Positions 36,901 through 48,900 of a DNA stretch of 64,000 bases are shown one piece after another. Position 1 is the first letter of the stretch. Each line of letters starts with the position of its first letter. The notes beneath the pieces are model-generated. The model did not search any database. It was not told the DNA's origin and was given only the letters and a program-made list of their open reading frames with translations. The translations under genes were made by a program, and so were the position numbers. This DNA comes from Lingula anatina (Eukaryota; Animalia; Brachiopoda): assembly GCA_051362555.1 (NCBI GenBank), contig CM120641.1:13950001-14014000 (forward strand). Direction: 5' to 3'.

Positions 36901-39900
36901 TCCTAAGTACCAACGTACTTAGCTCAGTTGGCGAATACAACACGGTGTCGCCTAGGTCGTCGAAGGAGGTTTCCTGCATGGTTTCTTCATCCACTGTGTA
37001 AACGTTCCAAGTGAAATGATAAATCTTTGTAGACGAGCAATTTATGGCGACATCGGCTTCCATATAGAGATCTTCGGATCTTTTGTGCGTGCGGACAGTT
37101 GGAAATTTTGTATCACAGTTTGGCGGGACGCAGGTCATGGGTGCGAGACTGACCGATGGCCATTTACAGAACCCACGAGTCACCCCGGACACCCAGTATG
37201 ACTCGCTGCGGGAGACTTTATTGTGGGCAATCATGGTGACGTTCCAGACGCCTGGGGTTTGGAACACGTGCGGAAACGTCAAAGACAACCTTTGACCCGG
37301 GGCGCGCATGGCCTCAAGATCTGAAGCGGCGTAAGGAACGAACCGACGTGGCTGTAAGGCCCAGCTGTTTGGATAAGTCTGCTCGCATTCAGCTTGGTTT
37401 CCCAAAAACGCCAAATAGTTTTCGTCTGACATGGGGTCCTTAAAGTTAATGAAGTAGCAAGCATCGGAGCCTATGGTACCTGGGTAGATCTGGAAGTTGA
37501 AGGTGGTATTCCTAGGAGCTGGCTCTTCCACCCATATTTCAGTATCGATGCAACTCCTCTGAACTATTATAGTCTTTTCAATGACAACGTTATTCAGGGG
37601 GTTGGAAGCGTTAAGCTTGATGGTGTAGGTGCCGGGTTCATTATAAAGGTATTTGATATATGGCTCATTGTAGACAGTTTGAACAAAACCATCTCCAAAC
37701 TCCCAGTGGTAGGTGACGTGAGATCCTCTATTCATCGAGACGTCTAAATAGACTAATTTTTCTAAAGGATAATAAATGGAACCCGGTCCAACGCCCTTAG
37801 CCTTTAAGATAATGGTACCGTTGTTGTCTTCCTCAATGGCAAATACCGCTTTGCTCAAGTTGGTAATACTTTCGAAGACATCGACATCGTATGTGAACGT
37901 TACATTGTCAGCAAGGTTGAACACCACTACTGTGACCGTATACACATTGCCGGTGCTGTATCCATGATCAAATGAAAACATGTGTTCATAGTCACCGTCG
38001 TCCAGGGCGGGGTCTCCGTGGTCGGGTAGAGGTCGGGTCACACTCTGAGTACCATCCCCGTAGTCTATGTAATAAGACGCGTTAGATGGTAATGGGATCG
38101 CTCGTTCATGGTAGAATTTGAAAGGTACCACTACCAGCCACTCTGGCGGTTCTATTAGAGACTGTTTACGTCCAGTTAACATGAACCCTGTAACTGGAAA
38201 CTGAATAATAATGGGGTCTGTAATTGTTTTTATAAGTGTACCGACAGAGTTCATAGCAGTGATGGTAATGTAGAAATTGCCGGCTGTAGTGTAATTATGA
38301 AATTCGGTGTTCGTTTCGTTGGTTTTGTAGTCCGTGGTGTATGTTGGGGTGCCGTCTCCAAAGTCCCATGTCAGGTTTAATCGAGTTCCCCAGGCAACCG
38401 TTACGGTAACCATACACAGTGTGTTTATCTGTACGAACTGAGGGTCGGGTTCAATGGTCATATTCAGAATTGCCTGATCCACAACCAAATTGGTGCTAAA
38501 TTCCATAAAACTGACATAGTTGGAGACATTCAGTGTGATGGGGTACGTGCCGTATACAGAGTAGTTGTGGGTGGTGGGATGCGGCGTAGTTTCGTTGACG
38601 ATGACATATCGTGTAATATTGCTTCTGTCGCCGAATGTGTACGATGCAAACATATCTGTTCCCAGCAGAGGTACACCGTCATAATGGATTTCAAATAGTC
38701 CAACAGACACAGAGTTGGGATAGAGAGCCACCGGAGAATTTGTTACTAAGGTCAGTCCTTCTACTGCATTCTGGACGATAATTTCATACTGGATGGTCTG
38801 ATTGTCCACTGGGTTAACCATGGTCAAGTTGACCGTATAGTTATCTGCAGTAGCCCAGGCGTGTCGTAAAACTATGTTCTCGGGCTCTAACATGACGCCA
38901 CGATACAAATTATGTTGGAAACCGTCAGCGTAGTCCGCGGTAAGGTTGAATCGAGAGGCACGGTAAACAGCGTGGGTGAAGTTGATTTCCCTCCCGGGGG
39001 TTATGTAGAACTCTTCCACCTCAACCGTATAGTTCTCTATCAGGTAATCTACCCATAAGACGGCACTTGCGTTTGCAAAGTTAACAAGATTGCTACCAGA
39101 CACGACGAGGGTGTAGTTACCGATGGTTCGATAGTAATCATCTGGTATGATATGTACAAAACCATCAATGGCGTGGCCATCAGGGACCTCGTACTCGTAT
39201 AACTCATCACACATAGGAATACTTGTTGTGCCTGGATAATCACCGCCGGCAGCACCCTCAGCCGAAGAATCGTTATGGTATCCATAATTGCCATCAGTTC
39301 CATTATGGTACCCATAACTGCCATCAGTTCCATTATGGTAAAAATAACCATCATCAGATCCATTCACATTTGTATATCCGTAACCACCTGCTGCAGTTTC
39401 ATTCATAATTCCGCCATAGTAACCACCTGCTGCAGTTTCATTTACGTCAGGGTATGATCCATTCTGGTAGACAGTAACGGAGTAGGGGTCAGCGGTTGTA
39501 AACGTGCAGGGAACCTGTCTCACTCCGGTCATGGTCTTTGTTCGGAGAGTCATAGATAAATTTCTGGTAGGATACCCGTCGAACGTTGATTCGTATACGG
39601 CATTGGTTCCATTGGTTGTGGTGACAACAATTGTGACTTCTGTATCGTACGGGATGGGGTTTGGGGGTTCGATGTAAAGGTCTAGTATGGGGATTTGTAT
39701 TGGGAGGTACAGCATGGCTGACTGACTGCTGATGGCGTTGCTGGCCGTGAGGTGCACGGAGTAATTGCCGATATCACCAAATGTGTGGTTTAGCGCCCCT
39801 GACAAACCTACATGCAAACAAACAACCGTGTAATATTTGCCTTGTCCTCAGACCAAGGAGAAGCAAGTCACCTCCCAAAAAACGTGACGGGTATAATTTT

Positions 39901-42900
39901 CTGTTCTATATTTTAATAAAACAACAAACAGTAAAGCATAAAGCAAAAGATTGTAATTACATATTTCTTGTTATCAGCCTCTGTTAAGAACAATGATTTA
40001 TGCAATACCTGCTTTTGGCCCCAATAACCATACTTGAAAATATATACAATATAATATAGTACCTAAATGGAGTCCGTCCACGCCTATGTCTGGGGGTGCA
40101 TCATGCAATAGCTGGTATGTATTACCATCGCTGAACACAATGTCATAGGTCACATTGGTACCTGGAAAATGCGGAACAAGAATTGAACTCAATGCTATGT
40201 TATACTGCGTTGAGTTAAATCTTTGTAAATGGGTCGAATGTTGCCGTAATAGGTGAAATGAGCACTTTGACATTTACGAGCTCAGAACAAAAATATAAGT
40301 AAATAATGTAAAATATACTAAAATGAATCTTGGAAAAATTGGGGTATATTCGTTAATGCAGTCAACAGACTCATGCCACTGTATTTTTACCTTTATAATA
40401 GTAGCCTCTTTTTATATGCATTTTTGTCATTTCTATTTCTACCAAGTGAAAGAGGTAGTTAAAATGGGTCACCTTTGATTTTCAGGAGGTACAAAGAAAA
40501 GAAATGACGTAACGGAGGGAAAATACCAGAAACGATTATTAAGTTCTTAATAGCAAAATGTGCAGTTTTCTTATACAAATCCATCCTTAGACAGAATTTG
40601 GAGGCCAAGATGAATAACTTATTTGACATACCGTATGCTATGGTCCATGTTACCAAAGTTGGATAGGACTGGACTGTGACGACTTGGCCAGCTTCAAATA
40701 CCAGATCTAAAATTGTGTCTTGAATGGAAATCCATCCCTAGCATGGGATAAACACGTAGCATTAAGTCGACATATAATAGATAAACATGGATGCGAATTC
40801 AATACAAGAGAAAATTAGCAATGTCCTCAAATTCAATACTTTCGAAATTATTTTATCACATCCTGTTGTCTGTGATAAACAGTTAACTTTGAATTTACAT
40901 ATTTACAGCCTTTCGATAAAAGAAGAATGTTGAACGGAATTATTATTTCTTACATAGGTAGTCATGTTGCTGACGTCATTCCAGGCAAAGAGAGTGATCC
41001 CATAGACGCCATCGCTGACGTAAGTGTGACTCATGGTGCGTGTTTGATATACTTCTTCGGTGTGTCCATCTCCAAACTGCCAGCTGTACGTCACCTTACT
41101 GCCCGGATGGGCCGGAATATCAAAACTGACCGATGCATTAGTAGCAACTGAAATTGAAAAGTATGTTTGTTGGTTGGATATATTGTTTAAATACTAGGGA
41201 TATTTCATAAAACTTACCGGTTGATCGGAGAATTAATAAATATGATGTTTCTTTTTTTTTTTAATAACATATCCTGATTGAACATTTGTACGACTTCGTT
41301 GTAAACTTTATTTAGACATCTTTAGATTGTATTCAGACGAGCCATAATTGATAATGAACGCGATACTCTCATTATGCTTAATTTATAATTCAGAATTTAG
41401 ACGGATGACCGTGCATTGGATTCCAAGCTGCATCAATCTTGTTACATTCCTTAATAAGCTTCATTTCTCATTCGATTTCTACTGTCTTTTTGATTCTACA
41501 AAAGTATCTATGGCTAGCCTTACCATGTGAAACAAAGTTGAAAGTAAGATTCGCTATCACAGCTTGAACTTCTATTCCGACGGAATCATTGATTGCTCTG
41601 TAGTTTTGATCCCCAGGCAGCATATTTTGGTTACTCACGATCGCTTCCAAGGTAACGTTGCCTGCGTTATAAAATGTGTACTCAAACGAGGTTGTCACCG
41701 TGCGCACGACGAACGCCTTGACCATGTGCTTGGTGTTTGATCCTGAAAAAGAACCGGGGATCTGGTACTCGCCGGGCACGCGATTGCCCCAGTTATTGCC
41801 GACATCGGAGTAGGTTTCTTCAGCAACGGTAGAATCTGCATGCTTGATGGTAATGGTATTTTCCATATAGAAAGCAAATACATCTCCCGGCTGGACTTCA
41901 ATGGCGCTGGAGTCAAGCACAGCGAAACCCAAACCAGTGGAGCTTATAACGTGTGTGTATTCCCCTACAAGTTCCAATGTCTGCACAGGCATAGCATTCC
42001 AGTCGCTGGCGAAGTACCAGTCTATCCGGGCATTAGTAGCCCTATCACGGCAAGTGCGGCCAGGAAAACTGAAGTACTGGTCACTTGCACAAGTTATTGC
42101 CCATCGGTCAGTCTGATCCTGGCAGACCGCCGTCGATCCGATACAATTGTATGACTTCATGCAGAAAGTGCTGCCAGACGAGCACACAGGACGATATACC
42201 TGGAAGAATATCAGTAGGATTTCCTTTATCTCATTTCAGCGATCTCATTTAATTAATTTAAAGAGGCTTAGGGTTATTGTAACCATTTATAATTATCCAA
42301 ATACCAAAAATGAGTTTTTTCCTGCATCTAATTATTCAAATGCATCTATCTTTGTGCTGATTTAAAACAATGAAAAAGCCCTCGAAAATATAAAATAATA
42401 TAATATCAGCGTTTATATTTTTTCGTTGCAATGTATAAGCAAAGGCAAGCGTCAATTCAACACCTTTCTAGTGTTCAATATTAGCAAAATTGCCGGCGAA
42501 AAGTGCTTGTGCGTGTCACACGCATTAAGTTGCGCCTTTTTTGTGGTGACAACTAACTAATGAAAATGACAAATGATCAAAACGTTAATAATGAATACAG
42601 TTTTGTTTAAGAACGATTTTTGATAATCCGACTTTATGGTGTGTGGGATAACTTAGCTATTTCGATTTATACGCTGTATGTTATACCAAAGCAACATTGA
42701 AAACCGCAAGAGCACTGAATGGTGTTTATTATCTTTATCGATAACAACATCTATAATTCAATACCTGAAAGATAATTGTCCCTGTTGCTATAGCATCGTA
42801 TTGCACGGTCTTCAATAAACCTTCATGTTTGAATATCTGGTTCTGCAAGATGTAAATCTTGCTATGATGCGTGGTTTGAGATCCTGCAGTCCCACCCATG

Positions 42901-45900
42901 TGCCCAACGGTGTAGATGGAGGTATCTATAGTTTAAAAAATGCAACAGAATTATACAATGGGCGATGTTGTGTAAAGAGTTCTCAACTGATTAATAATTT
43001 GACAGCCAGATTGATATTGTTTTTCGGTTGTAATCAAAATAAACAACACATTTCATGATTACCTGGCATCTGAAACGTAACTCGGTTGCCTGAACCGATG
43101 ACGCTAACATCTGCAGCCATGTTGGTTCCCTCTTGCACGGTCATCTTGCAGAAAAAGGGTTTGTTCTGTGTTGCCACGGAAGGACACGTTAGATTCAACT
43201 TTTGGACGGGCATATATACCTGGAAATAGCAAAATATATTTATCCTTAAAATATTTTTTTAATTGTTAAAACAAGATCGTTAAAACAATCTTAAGAAATA
43301 TTATTTTTTTCAAACTCTTATTCGCTGAGACAGATCAATTTTTAAAGGTATTTTAACTTCCAGTCATAAATCAGGGATTCTCTTTAATTGCAAATACATA
43401 GGTAAGCGCTCGCAGCTGGAAAGCCATTGTTAAAGAATTAAAGACACTTTTTGCAACTGTCTAAAAAAACACTACATGCCAAATTTACTTTAACATTCGA
43501 AAGTTTTTGTTCAACATTCTCCGTCAACAATGCAGTCATATTTTTCATATTTCCACTGGAAATGATGGTGCTTTTATGTGAGTCCAATTTGCAAAGGGCG
43601 TATTAAAATTTTTTCAAGAAATTTATTCGGCTCTAGCCAAATGAAGAGAAATGTTATACATATAAAACAGTAAAAGCATAAATTGTGATGTTTATATAAC
43701 AGTAATAGACAAGGTTTCTTATTTAACACCGAATGCATAGACATTATTGCATATTTAGCACAAATATAAACACGTTTTATCTTACCTGTGTCTTACCTGT
43801 GTTTAAGTAAATATACATGATACTTTTATTCTATAACATAACTAAGCAGAAGAAAACTGCCTTGTTAAATGCGATCTTTTGTAGAAAAATATCTTATGAC
43901 GCATTTTCATCGGTAAATTTTCTGATTTTCAAAGATGAACAGAAAAATAGTTTTGAATCAAAAAGATGTTCAATTTTCACTTGAAAATGAAAAGTACTCG
44001 AGGAGAATAGTATTCCAATGTTTAGTTTTGTATCGGAAAAAATATTGTGAAGTTATGGTTGTTGCTATTAAAGGCCCGCTATAAACAAATTGTTTACGGC
44101 CGACTGCATTACTGATTTGCTTGTGTAAACCAAGGCAACCGTTTAAGAATAAAGGACTGGGGCTTTAGAGAAATAAATAAGTATCCCATACAACGTTTAA
44201 GTATTTATAAATAAGCCACTACAACAGTCGATTCACGTGCAAACGATATAGTTTTACCGTAATACTACCCAGTTCATATCATCAATGAACAATGTCATCT
44301 CTCTTTTTGGATCAATAAAAATGCTCATCATTGAGTCTTTTTTTGTTCTCCTTAATTCAATAAAAACGCTGTTCAGTGTATTCAAATAAACTTTTACATG
44401 TACCTTTTGAATCTTGTGTATATACTTGTTATGCCAACCAAAATAAACATTTTTTTCTTTTTAATGTAGTAAAATAAATATTATAACGCATATTACAAAA
44501 AATAACATACATAGTTAGAGGGTCCTATCAGGGCAAATCCTTTTTGTTAATTGTCATGGGTTTTTTTTATTACTACTTACATCTAATGGCTTGAAATGAA
44601 AACAAGACATGTAGGCTCATTACTGAATTGCATGCATCGTTTGCTCAGTCGCCCGTGACATATACTGTTTATGTTTTGCTCAATTTGAGTGCAAAAAACA
44701 TTAGAGCGTTTCAATCGATACCACTTCTCCGAGGTAGAGGTACCATCTAATGCACGGAAGTTGAACAGTTTAAGCTACAATAAAACGTAAACGAGGAAGA
44801 GACGTCGGAACAATAACGTACGTGAAACGTTGTACTGGAGAATCCATGCAGAGAGATGCAGATGCCTTTTTTTTCAACCCGCACCCAAACAACATCAAAC
44901 TTCACATAACATACACAAATACTCTAATGTTGAATGATAAAAAGAATAATAATAAAAAACAATAATGATGACAGTGATAACGCCTTACCTTGGTCACAGC
45001 GGATGTCAAAACCTCCTCTCCTGTGAAGAAGTGGGTGCTTTTCACAGAACTGACGATGTCACCAGCGTCAAAGTACAATTCACTTTGGTGAATTTCCCGA
45101 ACGTTGGAGTGAATATATCTCGTGGACGATGCATCAGCTAATACACTTAAGGTATAGTCAACACTGGCATTATACTGGTTCGTGACACTTATGTTGTACG
45201 TTTCCTGGGCATGCCCCAATACTAATGAAAACGGAAAATAGTTACTGTTAATCTACATATACTGTGGATAGGCAGTAAATAGGAAAATATCGATAATATT
45301 AGAATGATAGTCAGATATTATTATTATACTTTTTCTTTAAAATTTGAAAGGCCTACGACTACGTCTTAGTCTGTTTTGTTTCATGAAACATACTGCAAAT
45401 TGACAAACTCAACAATATGTCGACTGGATGCCTGTCTGTTTAATCTTCGTCTACAAATTTGACAACTGTGAGAGACCGTTGACAGATGTTTGATAAAAAA
45501 AGAAGAACCCGGCCCATTTTTTAAGGGTACACCCGTCAGGTAGGGGGCCTACTATTCCAGTCCCGAAACAACAATCTTACAGACTAAAAATGCATTTACG
45601 TATTAACTCTAGAAATACGACAACACAATACACAACATCAAAATTAGGACATGGCACTTACATTCCAAAACAGCTATTGACACAGAAAAATGTGATAAAT
45701 TGTAATGCAAACGCTAATGTAGGGTTAACATTTTCATTGATATGGCATTTAAAAAAAGATTACAAAGCCACAAAATTACGTAACATGCAGGAAGAAATGT
45801 AGCAGTATGTTTTTCTGCATATTCTGCTGCATAAAAATATGCAACAATATCCCGTTTGAACTGGAAGGCCAAGTTAGTATGCGCCGCAACAGAATATTAA

Positions 45901-48900
45901 CTGTGCGTTGTATAAAAATCTTATTGCCACCTGCTCCAGTTAATGAATGAATCAATTGTATATATGATGTTTAAAAGGCTGTTCACGGCCGTACTTACCG
46001 GGCGCTGATAAGGAGAGATACCCCAGAGGGTTATCCAGCCTGTACACGGCGTGATGGAGCTGGCCGCCACAGTTCTCCGTATTGTTACCCGAACACGCGT
46101 TGACACAGCTGTTCTCGTCAGCAGGGCCATGGCGCCCGTACGAGTCAGAGCAGTAGCAGTATTTTCCCCTGAGCAATCCGGCATAACTAGAATAAAATTA
46201 TATCGTCATGGAATTAAGTTTCGTATAGCATGAGGTGTGCTGAGGGGTTGAAATATATCCAACTATTGGCTAAATGATCTTATCTGAAAAATGGAAGATA
46301 AAAAAGAAAGGGAAAGAAGAAATATGAAACACAACAGTGTGTCAAGCTATTTTATAGTATTAAAGATTGATAAATATTTCCAAGAAATCATCATACACTC
46401 AAAATCGCCATTTTTTATACAAACAATAACATTATTACATTGCTAATATTTATGTTCAGACAAGAAACTGGAAGGATGTAGTCTAAACAGAACACTGAAT
46501 TTTGATATCAGAAATTATCTTCTTATAATGTTTGATATTCCGTGAGACATTCGCATAACCTACCCATAATGGTCCTCTTCACACCTGTATTTACAGATAT
46601 CGACGATCATGGCGGACGGGTCGTAAGTTCCTGCATGGACACGGAATTCTCTATCATGAAGTACCTCAGGAAAGCAGCCAACATAGTCTAAAATGTAGAA
46701 GAACTGAGTAAAACGCTTGGTATCATACACTATCACAACAGAAAAGCGGCAATGTGCCCGACGTCCACTTCACTTTAAAGTTAAATAAATAAAGTTAAAT
46801 AACGTGCTTCAGTGTATGAGGAATACTGAGATCTTTCCATACATGTACAGTATTCTTAAATGTACTGTATTTGTAGCATAGGTAAATGTTTACAAAAGCC
46901 GGATATGTTAGTTATATCATAAAATATAATCTACCTGTGACTTTTATAGTATTTTACATTTCATGATATCTTACATACAACCCTAAAGAATTTATCACAT
47001 TTTGTTTATAACTTGTGTAAAAGGAGAAAAATCTATAAGAGGAAGAAAAGTGCTATTTAAACACCATTAATGTGCACTGATATCCTAATCGATTGTTAAT
47101 TGCCATGGCCATCCCTGTTAAACAAATGTATAATTTGAAGCCCGTGGAAAGCCTCACTTCACCCCTTAGACTGCATTCCCACAATTTTAGATCGATCCAT
47201 CTGGAGCGACCTAACTCCCTGGGGGTTCACGCTAAGCGCGCACGAAAGTTAATTACCCCCTTACAGCTTTTAGTAGGCGGGACAGACATTTAAGCCGGCT
47301 AATCTGACAGCAATCTAGTGAGACTCCCCGCGGGGATAGATCGATCTAAAATTTGTGGGAATGCAGTCTTAGACTACATGTACTGCACAAAGGGAAATAC
47401 ATGTTAATACAACTCAAACTATCAGTATTGGAAATATATCTTTCAACGTACGCATATCTACCCCACTAAAATGCATGAAAACCAGAAAAATCAATCATTT
47501 AGGTGTGGCCAAAACATCAGCCGATACATATATGCAAAGGAACAAAGAATATATAATCGGCTGACATGTCCAGTTTTGCAAATTGTCATAATGCCGCCAG
47601 GGATTAACCTGTCATTGCTGCGGTGAAATATTCGCAAGGGTAAGAACGGTTGAGAAGTTCAACGAATTTCATTGTAATTCAGTATTGGTTATTTCTTATG
47701 TAATAACATTTTGTTTTGTTGTGTTAACAACAGCGCATTGTTTCCTGTGTTAACTTGTCCGTGAAGTAGATCTTTGATATTTGGAATTCGTCACGCTGTA
47801 GCGGACGAAAACATCAATATCTATTATTTCATAATCAAAAGTATTGAACCATAATCGATATTGGATTTGCGGTCTTAAACCTTACTCCTTCATTTTTCAT
47901 TCCTTCATATTGCCTGTTGATTATGAAATCAGTGATAAAATATTATATGTCGTCTCTTAATAAGATTGCAAATTCCACTTGGCAATTACATTTTAGAAAG
48001 CAGTCATGAAATGCCACTTGCTATTAGGTGAATAGCTGAGACCTCAACTACGATTTCTACGATATGTCTTGATTTAAAACATAAAATAACATAAACTTTA
48101 AAAAATAATTATCTAATACTTTCAAAACTATTAACGTTTCTGCCAACAAATATGAAAGTTTCTCATACAACGCGTTACAATATAACAGCCAATATGTCAG
48201 AGAGAGTAATGTTAATCATTACATCCAAAATCCATTGAATTTGACTTAATGTCGTAAAGTAAAAGGCTTACACTTTCACTAATTGCAAATAATAATTAAA
48301 ACGGAATCAATGAGTAAAAAAAACATAGGGAGTTATTGGGCGTTTAAGAGTCAACAAGTGTAGAATTTATGTAGTAGGAAAAGATGGATCATGTCAAAGT
48401 CACATATAGTTCGCTTTGATTGGTTAATTTCTTAATAGATTTGCAAGATTCTGACACTTGTGAAACACATGCAATCTAAGGATGGATATGGTCCAAGCAT
48501 GAGGAATTCAAAAATATTTTAAATTGAAAACAAGTTCCTTAAACATTACCTAATAAGGAAATGTTTAATGGTAGTTTGCAACATGAAAATGGAAAAATCC
48601 TTGTAATCACGCAAAGACAATGGAAAGAAAACAAGTAAACGCATGATCTGTACGGAGAAATGGAGTATAAATACTTGTGAAATTGTATGAAAAAGAGAGG
48701 GGGTGAATAAACGTTCGAAAGCTCCAGATCGACTTATTTCTGCGAAATACGCGACAAAAACTATAATTCTATCTCTTAAAAATATGTTGTGTTAAGTAGG
48801 TCTTTAAAGCATTCGAAATATAATAATTAATTCATTCCTTTCTAATCTTTTTACTTGGATAACGCCTGTGAAGCAATGAGCATAAAACTTTTTAGAAAAT

